Part shown: positions 19,966-29,521 of the stretch, in pieces
How the letters are laid out: the number at the start of each line of letters is the position of its first letter
Position numbering within the stretch: the stretch's first letter is position 1
Assembly: GCA_963813335.1 (NCBI GenBank)
Contig: CAWEYL010000001.1
Span: 608,001-672,000, forward strand
Origin: an uncultured Chloroflexia bacterium
GTDB taxonomy: Bacteria; Chloroflexota; Limnocylindria; Limnocylindrales; CSP1-4
Length of the DNA: 64,000 nucleotides
Direction: 5' to 3'
The notes under the pieces: generated by a model
What the model was told of the DNA's origin: nothing
What the model saw: the letters and a program-made list of their open reading frames with translations, nothing else
The model's database searches: none
Position numbers and translations under genes: made by a program

Positions 19966-21549
19966 CCGTCGCGCCCCGAGGCCGGCCCCGCCCGATCGTC
20001 CTCGTCGTCCTCGACGGGTTCGGGATCGGGCACGACCCCGCGGCCGACGCGATCGCCGCCGCGCCGATGCCGACCTGGCGCGGCCTGCTGGCACGCTGGC
20101 CGCACGCATGCCCTGGGCGCCTCGGAAGGGGACGTCGGGCTGCCCGCGGGCCAGATGGGCAATTCGGAGGTCGGCCACCTGAACCTCGGCGCCGGCCGAC
20201 CGGTCCTCCAGGACCTGCCACGCATCGACGCGGCCATCGCCGACGGCTCGTTCTTCGAGCGCCCCGCGCTCGTCGCCGCCTGCCGCCGGGCCGTCGAGCG
20301 GGGCGGGACGCTGCACCTGATCAGCCTGGTCGGCCCGGGCGGCGTCCACGCCAACGACCGGCACCTGGTGGCCCTGGCCGAGCTGGCCGCCCGGACCGGC
20401 GTCTCGCGCGTCCGCGTCCACGCCCTCCTCGACGGCCGCGACACGCCGCCCTCGTCCGCGCTCGGGTTCGTCGCGGACCTGGAACGGCGCCTCGCGGCGG
20501 CCCATCCGGACGCCCGGATCGCGACGGTCGGTGGGCGCTACTACGCGATGGACCGCGACGGCCGGTGGGAGCGGGTCGAGCGCGGCTACGACGCGATCGT
20601 CCACGGCGAGGCGGAGCACCGCGCGCCGAGCGCGACGGCCGCCGTCGAAGCCGCCTACGCCCGCGGCGAGACCGACGAGTTCGTGGTCCCGACCGTCATC
20701 GACGGCACGGACGCGGCGGTCCGCGACGGTGAGCCGGTGATCCACGCCAACTTCCGGGCCGACCGGGCACGCCAGCTGACGCACGCCCTCGCCGACGGCC
20801 CGGGGTTCGCCGGCTTCGAGCGGACCTCGCCGGCGGGCCGCCCCGCCCCGACCGGCCTCCTCGTCGTGACGATGACCGAGTACGAGGCCGGCCTCCCGGT
20901 CGAGGTCGCGTTCCCGCCCGAGATCGTCCGCTCGCTGGCCGACGCCGTCGCGGATGCCGGCTGGCGGCAGTGCCACGTCGCCGAGACCGAGAAGTACGCC
21001 CACGTGACCTACTTCTTCAACGGTGGCGTCGAAGCGGTCCACCCGGGCGAGGACCGGCGCCTCATCCCGAGCCCCAAGGTCGCGACCTACGACCTCGCCC
21101 CGGCGATGAGCGCCGTCGGGGTGACCGACGCGCTGGTCGCCGCGATCACCGATGGCGACTACGACGTCATCGTCGCCAACTTCGCCAACGCCGACATGGT
21201 CGGCCATACCGGCGTGTGGGACGCGACGATCGAGGCGCTCGGCGTGGTGGACGGCTGTCTCGCCCGGATCGTCGCGGCGATCGAGGCCGTCGAGGCCCGC
21301 GACCCCGACGGGCCAGGCGCGCTGCTCGCGATCACGGCCGACCACGGCAACGCCGACGAGCTCCGCGACGCACAGGGACGGCCGGTGACGGCGCATTCGC
21401 TGAACCCCGTGCCGTTCGTCCTCGTCGGCCGCGCGGCGGCCGGCCTGACGCTCCAGGACGGGGTCCTGGCCGACGTCGCCCCGACCCTGCTCGAGTTCGC
21501 GGGTCTCCCGCGCTGGGACGGCATGACGGGTCGGTCGCGCATCCTGTGA
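19962..21549 (+). CDS. gpmI: 2,3-bisphosphoglycerate-independent phosphoglycerate mutase (+1 frameshift near 20110)
   Basis: VLVVLDGFG in first frame; GQMGNSEVGH, DGRDT, GRYYAMDRD, AETEKYAHVTYFFNGG, ADMVGHTG, TADHGN. Confidence 0.95.
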
Positions 21550-21587
21550 TAGCATCCGTCGCCGTACCGCACTGAGGCCACCGACCC

Positions 21588-21815
21588 GTGGATCCGCTCC
21601 TGGCATTCGGCCAGATCATCGTCTCGATCGCGCTCATCGTCTCCATCCTGCTGCAGGCCCGGGGCACCGGCCTGTCGGGGACCTTCGGCGGCGATTCGGC
21701 CGTTTACCGCAGCCGTCGCGGCGTCGAGCGCCGCCTCTGGCAGTTCACGATCGCGCTGCTGGTCCTGTTCATCCTGTTCTCGCTGGCCTCCTTCGTCCTC
21801 GCCCCCGTCGCCTGA
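21588..21815 (+). CDS. secG: Preprotein translocase subunit SecG
   Basis: ILLQARGTGLSGTFGG...RRGVE with two TM helices. Confidence 0.92.
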   Translation: MDPLLAFGQIIVSIALIVSILLQARGTGLSGTFGGDSAVYRSRRGVERRLWQFTIALLVLFILFSLASFVLAPVA

Positions 21816-21864
21816 CGGGAGCCCCGCGCCGACCTCCCGCGGCGACCGATCCGCACGGAGCCTC

Positions 21865-23595
21865 ATGACCCGGACAGAAACCACCGTGGTCGGGGCGCTG
21901 GTCGTCCTGCTCGCGCTGATCGCGGGCCTCGTCGGCATCCCAGCGCTCACCGCGACCACGGCGACGCCATCGCCGACCGGCCCCTCGTACGCGTCCGCCC
22001 GCGCCTACCGCGAGGGCGTGGTCGGGCACCCGGTGTCCGTCAGCCCGCTGACCGCGCGCACGCAGGCCGACCGCGACCTCGTCGCGCTGGTCTTCTCCGG
22101 GCTGGTGCGCAACGGCCCCAACGGCACGATCGTGCCGGATCTCGCCTCGAGCTGGACGGTCGATCCGACCGGCAAGGTCTGGACGTTCGACCTGCGGCCC
22201 GACGCACGCTGGCATGACGGCGAGCCGGTGACCGCCGACGACGTGGTCTACACGATCCAGACCCTCCAGGATCCGGCCTACAAGGGCCCGGCGTCGACGT
22301 CGTGGAGCGAGGTCTCGGTCGAGGCCCTGTCGCCGCTCGAGGTGACCTTCACCCTCACCACGCCGCTCGGCGGCTTCCTGCAGGCCGCGACCCAGCCGAT
22401 CGCCCCGGTCCACCTGCTCGGCGAGGTCCCGGTCGACCTGCTGCCCGACCACCCCTTCGGGCGCCAGCCGGTCGGCTCCGGGCCGTTCGCGGTCGTCACG
22501 CTCGACGACGATCACGCCGACCTCGTCCCGGCCGAAGCCGTCCAGCCGGCAGCGGCCGCATCCGCCGACCCGTCGGCTATCCCGACCGATTCGCTCACGA
22601 CCGCCCGGCCGACGGGGCGGCCCGAGCGGCCGACGCCCTACCTCGCCGGGATCGACATGCGCTTCTACGACACCGCGGACCAGCTGGTCGCGGCCTACAA
22701 GTCGGGCGACCTCGACGCCGCCGCGGGCCTGCCGCCGGCGGCCGGCACCGAGCTCGCCACGGCGTCCGACAGCCGGCTCCTGCGCTATCCGGGCTCGACG
22801 CTGACCGCGGTGCTGCTCAATCTGCGCCCGACCCACGCCGAGTTCCGCGATCCGGCCGTGCGCACGGCGCTCCTCCGGGCGATCGATCGGGCCGCGATCG
22901 TCGGCACCGTGTTCGCGGACGCCGCGGTCGTGGCCCCCGACCCCATCCCGCCGAGCTCGACGCTCTTCGACCCCGCCGCGGACCCTGCCGTCGCGTTTTC
23001 GCGCACCGAGGCGAAGAAGGCGCTCAAGGCCGCCGGCTGGACCCAGGAGAACGACGGCTGGCACCTGCCCAAGACCAAGGCGCCGTTGGCCATCGAGATC
23101 GCCAGCCCGGACAAGGCCACCAACCCGGTCGCGTTCGCGGTCGCCGCGGCCGTGGTCAAGGACTGGAAGGCGATCGGTCTCGACGTCAGCCACGAGGCCC
23201 TGCCCGCGGCCCAGTTCGTCATGGAGCGGCTCTCGAGCGGGACCTTCTCGGCGGCCGTCACCGACGTGACCATCGGCCTCGACCCGGACCTGTACCCGCT
23301 GCTCGCGTCGAGCCAGACCCGGACCGGCGGCTCGAACGTCGCCGGCGTCCAGGACCCGGCCCTCGACAAGCTGCTCACGAAGGCCCGCGCGCCCGGCAGC
23401 CAGGCCGACCGCGAGGCGGCCTACTCGGCCCTCGAGAAGGCGCTCGGGACCGGCCGCTACCTCCTCCCGATCGCCTTCGCGGACGAGACGGTCGTGGTCC
23501 GTGACACGGTCCAGGGACCCGCCGCGCGACAGGTCGCCGACCCGGCTGACCGATTTTGGGATGTGCTAACATGGCGCCTCGCCGACGGCCGGTAA
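21865..23595 (+). CDS. Peptide/nickel ABC substrate-binding protein (family 5), no adjacent permease
   Basis: VPDLASSW, RWHDGEPVTADDVVYT, PVGSGPF, VRTALLRAIDR. Confidence 0.88.
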   Translation: MTRTETTVVGALVVLLALIAGLVGIPALTATTATPSPTGPSYASARAYREGVVGHPVSVSPLTARTQADRDLVALVFSGLVRNGPNGTIVPDLASSWTVDPTGKVWTFDLRPDARWHDGEPVTADDVVYTIQTLQDPAYKGPASTSWSEVSVEALSPLEVTFTLTTPLGGFLQAATQPIAPVHLLGEVPVDLLPDHPFGRQPVGSGPFAVVTLDDDHADLVPAEAVQPAAAASADPSAIPTDSLTTARPTGRPERPTPYLAGIDMRFYDTADQLVAAYKSGDLDAAAGLPPAAGTELATASDSRLLRYPGSTLTAVLLNLRPTHAEFRDPAVRTALLRAIDRAAIVGTVFADAAVVAPDPIPPSSTLFDPAADPAVAFSRTEAKKALKAAGWTQENDGWHLPKTKAPLAIEIASPDKATNPVAFAVAAAVVKDWKAIGLDVSHEALPAAQFVMERLSSGTFSAAVTDVTIGLDPDLYPLLASSQTRTGGSNVAGVQDPALDKLLTKARAPGSQADREAAYSALEKALGTGRYLLPIAFADETVVVRDTVQGPAARQVADPADRFWDVLTWRLADGR

Positions 23596-23613
23596 CGGTC
23601 GAAAGGGTCCATC

Positions 23614-23700
23614 GCCGAGGTGGCGGAACTGGTAGACGCGCTAGCTTCAGGAGCTAGTGTCCGCAAGGGCGTATGGGTTCAAATCCCTTCCTCGGTACCA
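23614..23700 (+). tRNA. tRNA-Leu(CAG)
   Basis: Acceptor GCCGAGG/CCTCGGT, anticodon arm CTAGC-TTCAGGA-GCTAG, long variable arm, GTTCAAATC, CCA. Confidence 0.96.
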
Positions 23701-23734
23701 ACCCCTCCGTGATGGACCCGAGCCCGGTGCACCT

Positions 23735-23819
23735 GCCCAGGTGGCGGAATTGGTATACGCGTACGTTTGAGGGGCGTATGAGGCAACTCATCCGGGTTCA
23801 AGTCCCGGCCTGGGCACCA
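23735..23819 (+). tRNA. tRNA-Leu(GAG)
   Basis: Acceptor GCCCAGG/CCTGGGC, anticodon arm TACGT-TTGAGGG-GCGTA, GTTCAAGTC, CCA. Confidence 0.96.
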
Positions 23820-23833
23820 ACCTTCGAGCGACC

Positions 23834-23866
23834 TGACGACCGTCCCACGCGGACGGTCGTCATACT
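23834..23866 (+). promoter_or_regulatory. 12-bp hairpin overlapping a -10-like CATACT before tRNA-Val
   Basis: TGACGACCGTCC-CACGC-GGACGGTCGTCA; CATACT 23861-23866. Confidence 0.45.
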
Positions 23867-23872
23867 GTCCGC

Positions 23873-23949
23873 GGGCGGTTAGCTCAGAGGGTCAGAGCGC
23901 CCCGTTTACACCGGGGAGGTCACTGGTTCGATCCCAGTACCGCCCACCA
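23873..23949 (+). tRNA. tRNA-Val(TAC)
   Basis: Acceptor GGGCGGT/ACCGCCC, anticodon arm CCCCG-TTTACAC-CGGGG, GTTCGATC, CCA. Confidence 0.96.
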
Positions 23950-24045
23950 GTCCCGCGCATGGCCCGACGGTCGGCGCGCGGGACGCGTCCTGCTAGACTC
24001 GATGGCGACGGTCGCCGCCCCAGGACGGCCTGATGGAGGACACGG

Positions 24046-24615
24046 ATGAACTGGCCCCTGATCATCATCATCGCGATCGTCGTCATCCTGGTCGTCGGGC
24101 TGATCGCGCTCTACAACGGCCTCGTGCAGCGGCGCCTGCGCGTCGACGAGGCGTTCGCCCAGATCGAGGTCCAGCTCAAGCGCCGCCACGACCTGATCCC
24201 GAACCTCGTCAACGCCGTGAAGGGCTACATGGGGTTCGAGCAGAAGGTCCTGACCGACGTCACCAACGCCCGGGCCAACGCCGTGGCCGCCGGGGCCCAG
24301 GGCCCCGCCCAGCAGGCCGCCGCCGAGAACGCCCTGACCAGCACGCTCCGCTCGCTCTTCGCCACGGTCGAGAACTACCCCGAGCTGAAGGCGAACGAGA
24401 ACGTCCTCTCGCTCCAGGAGCAGCTGACCACGACCGAGAACCAGATCTCGTTCTCGCGCCAGCACTACAACGCCAGCGTGCTCGACTACAACACCAGCAT
24501 CGCCACCTTCCCGAGCGTCCTGATCGCCGGGATCTTCGGCTTCGTCAAGCGCGAGTTCTTCGACGCCGAGCCCGAGGCCCAGACGGTCCCGAACGTCGAC
24601 CTGACGCTGGGCTGA
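24046..24615 (+). CDS. lemA: LemA family protein
   Basis: YNGLV, QIEVQLKRRHDLIPNLV, ENYPELKAN, RQHYN, FPSVLIA; RBS GGAGG. Confidence 0.94.
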   Translation: MNWPLIIIIAIVVILVVGLIALYNGLVQRRLRVDEAFAQIEVQLKRRHDLIPNLVNAVKGYMGFEQKVLTDVTNARANAVAAGAQGPAQQAAAENALTSTLRSLFATVENYPELKANENVLSLQEQLTTTENQISFSRQHYNASVLDYNTSIATFPSVLIAGIFGFVKREFFDAEPEAQTVPNVDLTLG

Positions 24616-24637
24616 CCGCCCGCTCGCGGGAGACCCG

Positions 24638-25624
24638 GTGGCCGGCTCGACGTTCTATAGCCAGATCTCCGCGAACCGGCGGAACTCCTTCCTGCTGGCG
24701 CTGCTCGTCGTCGCGATCTTCGGGCTGCTGGGCTTCAGCATCGGCTACGCCTGGACCGGCGGCCCGGCCGGGGCCGTCGCGATCGCGCTCTTCGCGCTGT
24801 TCCTGGGTGGCCTGAGCGGGGTCGGCAGCTATTACGCCGGCGACAAGCTGGTCCTTGCCGCCAGCCAGGCTCGTGAGGTCGACCCGACCGCCGCGCCCCA
24901 GCTCATGAACGTCGTGCAGGAGATCGCGATCGCGGCGAACGTGCCGATGCCCAAGGTCTACATCATCGACGACACGGCACCGAACGCCTTCGCCACCGGC
25001 CGGGATCCCAAGCATGCCTCGGTGGCGATCACGACCGGCCTGCTCGAGAAGCTCGACCGCGAGGAGCTGCAGGGCGTCCTCGGCCATGAGCTGTCGCACA
25101 TCCGCAACTACGACATCCGCTTCGCGCTGATCGTCGGCGTGATGGTCGGCGTCATCGCGATCCTGGCCGACTTCTTCCTCCGCTTCACGTTCTGGAGCGG
25201 CGTCACGGGACGACGTCGCGAGAGCGGCTCGAGCAGCTCGGGCGGCGGAGCCCAGGCCATCTTCATGGTCATCGCGTTCGTCCTGGCGATCCTCGCGCCG
25301 ATCATCAGCCGCTTCATCCAGCTGGCCGTCAGCCGCCAACGTGAGTACCTCGCGGACGCGTCATCGGTCGAGCTCACCCGCAACCCGGTCGGGCTGGAGC
25401 GGGCGCTGGCCAAGATCGCCGGCGACCAGGAGGTCCTCGAGGTGGCCAACCGCGGGACGCAGCACATGTACTTCACGAACCCGATCAAGAAGTTCGAGGA
25501 TCGCTCGTCGGGGCTCATGTCGACCCACCCGCCGATCATCGACCGGATCAATCGCCTGCGCGAGCTGACGGGGGAGGGGCCGCTCGCGCCGAGCGACGCG
25601 GCGAGCCTCGCCGGCCTCGACTAG
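24638..25624 (+). CDS. htpX: M48 zinc metalloprotease HtpX
   Basis: PNAFATG, GHELSH (HExxH), SRQREYLAD, STHPP. Confidence 0.93.
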   Translation: MAGSTFYSQISANRRNSFLLALLVVAIFGLLGFSIGYAWTGGPAGAVAIALFALFLGGLSGVGSYYAGDKLVLAASQAREVDPTAAPQLMNVVQEIAIAANVPMPKVYIIDDTAPNAFATGRDPKHASVAITTGLLEKLDREELQGVLGHELSHIRNYDIRFALIVGVMVGVIAILADFFLRFTFWSGVTGRRRESGSSSSGGGAQAIFMVIAFVLAILAPIISRFIQLAVSRQREYLADASSVELTRNPVGLERALAKIAGDQEVLEVANRGTQHMYFTNPIKKFEDRSSGLMSTHPPIIDRINRLRELTGEGPLAPSDAASLAGLD

Positions 25625-25720
25625 CGCGTCCCGGGCGCCTGGCCGCCTCCGGCGTCGGCCCGGCTGCTCGTGGTATCCTGCCCACCGCCGACGGACAGCC
25701 CCAGGCTGGTTGGCCATCGG

Positions 25721-25796
25721 GCCGAGATAGCTCAGTTGGTAGAGCACGCGACTGAAAATCGCGGTGTCGCCAGTTCGAATCTGGCTCTCGGCACCA
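25721..25796 (+). tRNA. tRNA-Phe(GAA)
   Basis: GCCGAGA/TCTCGGC, CGCGA-CTGAAAA-TCGCG, GTTCGAATC, CCA; extended -10 TGGTATCCT near 25671. Confidence 0.96.
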
Positions 25797-25820
25797 CCGC
25801 TCGCGGTGGTCGCGCTCCGG

Positions 25821-25896
25821 GCGGAAGTGGCTCAGTTGGTAGAGCATCACCTTGCCAAGGTGAGGGTCGCGGGTTCGAGTCCCGTCTTCCGCTCCA
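25821..25896 (+). tRNA. tRNA-Gly(GCC)
   Basis: GCGGAAG/CTTCCGC, TCACC-TTGCCAA-GGTGA, GTTCGAGTC, CCA. Confidence 0.96.
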
Positions 25897-26086
25897 ACCC
25901 CCTCGTCGTCGACCCTCGTTCGCCGCGCCCCGTGCCGTGGACGGGCTCCTCGGGCGTCCCGGCTGCGCGGTTCGTGGCGCATGGCACTTGTGAAACGCAG
26001 CCAGGACGACGACGATTCGATACGAACGGCGTCGGTGACCACCGAGCCTTCGCCCGGGTCACGGCCGTCGAAGTCGCCGAGACTCG

Positions 26087-27408
26087 ATGTTGGCACGCAC
26101 GCTCCTCGGATCCGCCCTGTCGGTGATGCTGGTCGCGGCCTGCGCCGCGCCGGCGGCCGAGCCTGCCTCATCGGCCCCGTCGCCGTCCGTCGCGCCCACC
26201 CCGACCGCTACAGCCGCCGTCGTGAGCCCGACGCCGGTCGCAGCCTGGCAGCTCGCCACCATCCCGCCTGCCGTCCATGGCTGGCTCGCGACGCCGATGG
26301 CTGTCGCCGTGGGCGGCGGACACCTCGTCGCCGTCGGTGGGGTGGTCTCCCGGCATCCCTTCGCCGAGGGCCCCTGGTACGGCGGCATCTGGACGTCAGT
26401 CGACGGGCTCGTCTGGACCCCTGCCAGTCTCGACCCGGTCCTCGAGGTCGGCAACCTCCAGCCGACAAGCGGTCCACAGATCGGGCTCTCGGACGTGGCC
26501 TACGGTCCCGGCGGGTTCGTCGTGCTCGGTCACACGGGGTTCCCGGGCAAAGGCGTGCGGGTCGGCCTGTGGCGATCCTCCGATGGTGAGACGTGGGAGC
26601 GTACCGATCTACCGGACGCACTGTTCGCAGGAGCCCGCGTGGCCGCGTTCGAGCCGGAGGCCCGGGCTATCTGATCGTCGGCGCCGTCCTGGATCGTGAG
26701 GCGCCGTCGAAGGGTGCCGTCCCGCCAAAGGCGGCGGTCTGGACGTCGCGTGACGGGATCACCTGGACACGAGTCGCCGACCAGGAGGCATTCGCCGTCG
26801 GCGGCTACATCGACACCGGCGAGGCGCCCGAGTCGGGCGGGATGCTCGACGTGACGGCGTCGGACACGGGGTTGACCGCGGTCGGACGGCAGTGCCCCAC
26901 GACGGACCTCGGGCAGTTCGTGGGATCGAGCGGGATGTGCCGGCCGCTCGTCTGGACATCCGCAACCGGTGAGACCTGGACGAGGATCGACCCCAAGGTC
27001 GCCGGGCATCCGGGCGACGTGACCTCGATCGCGGCGGTCGCAGGCATGGTCGTGGCGGTCGGCGGTAGCACAGGCGACGCCCCGGCGCGGTACACGCTGC
27101 GCTCCACCGATGGCGTCACGTGGCAATGGGCGGAGGTGTCGGGCCTGCCTCGCCTCGATGCCATCACCGCGACGGGCGGGGGGTTCGCCGCCAGCAGCCA
27201 CGATGCCGGGCACGTGGACGTGTGGACCTCGGTCGACGGCCGCGCCTGGCGCACCGTCCCCGACCTGCCGGCCATGGCCGGCGACGCCAGCGTGCGGGCC
27301 ACGGACCTGGTGGCGTCGGACGATCGACTGGTCGTTGTCGGCTGGCGCGAGACCCACGACGAGCCCGATGCGTCAGGCTTCGCGCTGGTCGGTCCGCTCG
27401 GACCGTAG
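26087..27408 (+). CDS. Putative lipoprotein with W-x-S-x-D-G (Asp-box-like) repeats, frameshift near 26650
   Basis: Lipobox LVAAC, Pro/Thr linker; repeats IWTSVDG, LWRSSDG, VWTSRDG, VWTSATG, LRSTDG, VWTSVDG across ORFs 26087-26674 and 26593-27408. Confidence 0.75.
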
Positions 27409-27424
27409 GACCGACGCCGCACGC

Positions 27425-27454
27425 TTGACAGGAACCGGCAGCGCGCCACACCCT
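27425..27454 (+). promoter_or_regulatory. Putative sigma70 promoter upstream of tRNA-Gln/Cys
   Basis: Perfect TTGACA (27425-27430), 18 nt, CACCCT. Confidence 0.4.
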
Positions 27455-27529
27455 AGACACACGGAATTGGCATTCGAGCCGGTGCCCGGAGCACGGATGA
27501 CAGCCTGCAGAGGCGAGTCGGAGACGGGG

Positions 27530-27576
27530 CCTCGCCACGGTGAGGCTCATGGGTTCGAGTCGCGTCGTCCGCTCCA
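27530..27576 (+). repeat. Degenerate copy of the tRNA-Gly(GCC) 3' half (att-like direct repeat)
   Basis: Ungapped 40/47 match to 25850-25896, including GGGTTCGAGT and GCTCCA. Confidence 0.8.
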
Positions 27577-27598
27577 TCCCTCCCTCGAAGGTCCCCGC

Positions 27599-27672
27599 TG
27601 CCCCTTCGTCTAGTGGTAGGACAGCGGACTTTGGATCCGTGAACCGAGGTTCGAATCCTCGAGGGGCAGCCA
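27599..27672 (+). tRNA. tRNA-Gln(TTG)
   Basis: TGCCCCT/AGGGGCA, GCGGA-CTTTGGA-TCCGT, GTTCGAATC, CCA. Confidence 0.95.
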
Positions 27673-27700
27673 GACAACCCGGGACGGCCCGGGCGATCGC

Positions 27701-27777
27701 GGCGACGTGGTGAAGTGGCTCAACACGGAGGTCTGCAAAACCTCTATTCACCGGTTCGAATCCGGTCGTCGCCTCCA
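27701..27777 (+). tRNA. tRNA-Cys(GCA)
   Basis: GGCGACG/CGTCGCC, GAGGT-CTGCAAA-ACCTC, U73 discriminator, CCA. Confidence 0.95.
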
Positions 27778-27794
27778 CATCCTGAGCACGAAAC

Positions 27795-27825
27795 GACCCG
27801 CTGGGTGACCAGCGGGTCTTCGTTT
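27795..27825 (+). terminator. Intrinsic terminator after tRNA-Cys
   Basis: GACCCGCTGG-GTGA-CCAGCGGGTC then TTCGTTT. Confidence 0.75.
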
Positions 27826-28111
27826 GGTCGTGAGTTCGGGCCGTCCCCTCTCAGCCTCGACGTCTGAGTCGACGAGGGACCGTCCCTCGTGACGAATGAG
27901 CGTCCCGCCGCTGCGCCCGGCGTAGCCCCGGAGCTGTCGCCGCCCATGCTGGCGGCCTGGCGCGCCAGGACCGGGCCTCAGAAGCTTGTTGAAGTGAGGG
28001 AGGGCCTACCGGCGCGAGACAGACGGGGGTCTGGAAGGTCCGGGCGGGGCGCACGCTCCGGGGCGAACTAGGACATTCGGGGAATGGCGAGGCGACTGAC
28101 TCCGTGCGGAG

Positions 28112-29008
28112 ATGAGTGACAAAGCACGGAGTAGCTCGATCGTGCGCGAAGCCCCATCGCCGTCATCGTCGGTGCTGTTTGATTCCGATTGGCCCGCGGG
28201 CATCGGCAGCATCGCGTTCGCCCTGACGCACCATCGGGTCCCCGATCAGCGCTACGGTCCGAACACGGCGGCGGTCATCTACTTCCTGCGTGCGGATGTG
28301 ATGGCGGCGACCGAGGCGAGTGTGCAGCGCATCACCGCGAGCGCGGTCACCGACCCTCAGCACCTTGCCCGTCACGAGGCCAAGCTCCTGAGCACTGCCC
28401 GAAGGGCCGGCCTCGAGGACGCTGCGCGGCACGCCTTTAGCGACGGCGCCCAGCTCGCTCTCAGCTCGATCAACTTCGGCATGAACGAGCAGGACCAATT
28501 CTTCGTTTCGAGGCCAGACGGGCTCGAGGAGACCTTCGCGTGGGCGGCCGGGCTCGCCGCCACGGCCACGGCGCTCGATCCAGCCCTGTCGCCCTCGATC
28601 GCGGCCGGCATTCGCGACCCTTGGCTGCTCGCTTCGGCCGCGACGCTGCGGGTCGCTAACACCAACGACGAGCAATGGGGTGCAGGCGGTGAGCCGCTGG
28701 GACCGCCAGCGCGGTTGGCCCGATGCGGGCGATGTGGGGAGCCGCCCGCCGGCTATCAGGCCACGCGCGCAGGCGGTCCGTTCCCCCTCTGCAAGAGACA
28801 CCTTGAGCAGGAGGCCGCGTCCTGGGCGGATCACCCGGACGGTCGTGCGCCGATCCTCGCTCGGTACTGGGCCGAGCCGGGCGAGATCCCGTGCCAGTGC
28901 GAGTGTGGCTGCACTCGTGCCGACGGCGATACCCTCATGGATCCCCGCTATGGCCTCCCGTTCCGCTGCGCCTCGTGCAGCCGCGACCAGCACCCAGAGC
29001 CGGGGTAG
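28112..29008 (+). CDS. Hypothetical protein with C-terminal Cys/His clusters (possible Zn fingers); start uncertain
   Basis: CGRC...CKRH and CQCECGC...CASC....H; more A/T-ending codons than core genes. Confidence 0.55.
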   Translation: MSDKARSSSIVREAPSPSSSVLFDSDWPAGIGSIAFALTHHRVPDQRYGPNTAAVIYFLRADVMAATEASVQRITASAVTDPQHLARHEAKLLSTARRAGLEDAARHAFSDGAQLALSSINFGMNEQDQFFVSRPDGLEETFAWAAGLAATATALDPALSPSIAAGIRDPWLLASAATLRVANTNDEQWGAGGEPLGPPARLARCGRCGEPPAGYQATRAGGPFPLCKRHLEQEAASWADHPDGRAPILARYWAEPGEIPCQCECGCTRADGDTLMDPRYGLPFRCASCSRDQHPEPG

Positions 29009-29151
29009 CGTTGGCCCGTCCCGAGTCCCGACCCGTTCTTCATGTCCGGACTTGGTGTCCATCGGCACTTGCCGGGAGACGTCGAGCCGACGACGCTAAG
29101 CAGTTGCGGGCGGACCTGCGAATTCGCCCGTGGACGAGGAGGCATGGATCC

Positions 29152-29475
29152 ATGGAGTACGACCTTGGATCGCAGGGCCTGGCGCTGCTGATCGTCCCGG
29201 CCCTTCTCTTTGGCTTGCTGGCACAACTCGTCGTCTGGCGGAGTGCCACGCATTGGATGTGGCTGATCGGGACTGCTGCGTGGTTCCTGGGCGGCCTGTT
29301 CGCGAGCGAGGTCCTCTACGGCTCCGAAACGACCGAGGAGAACTTCCAGCCACTGATCGACGGGCTGCTCTGGGATGAGGCGCTGCTCGGCGGACTGGTG
29401 GCCGGCCTGGTCGCGGTCATCGTGACCTGGTTCGCGACGAGGCACCACGTGACGGAGCCGATGCCGGCCCACTGA
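29152..29475 (+). CDS. Small membrane protein (about 3 TM)
   Basis: RBS GAGGAGG, ATG 29152, MEYDLGSQGLALLIVPALLFG... Confidence 0.7.
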   Translation: MEYDLGSQGLALLIVPALLFGLLAQLVVWRSATHWMWLIGTAAWFLGGLFASEVLYGSETTEENFQPLIDGLLWDEALLGGLVAGLVAVIVTWFATRHHVTEPMPAH

Positions 29476-29521
29476 CGACGCAAGACCGCCCGACGCCAAG
29501 GATGGGTACATCCTTCCTGCC

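Noticed and set aside
16840-21606. Very long antisense or alternate-frame ORFs (also 38687-42424, 43578-47183, 6239-9667, 2459-4744)
   Set aside because: Shadows of well-supported genes; stop codons are scarce in high-GC DNA and the translations have no motifs
27481-27576. A functional ninth tRNA
   Set aside because: No 5' acceptor strand or D-arm; anticodon and T stems are disrupted
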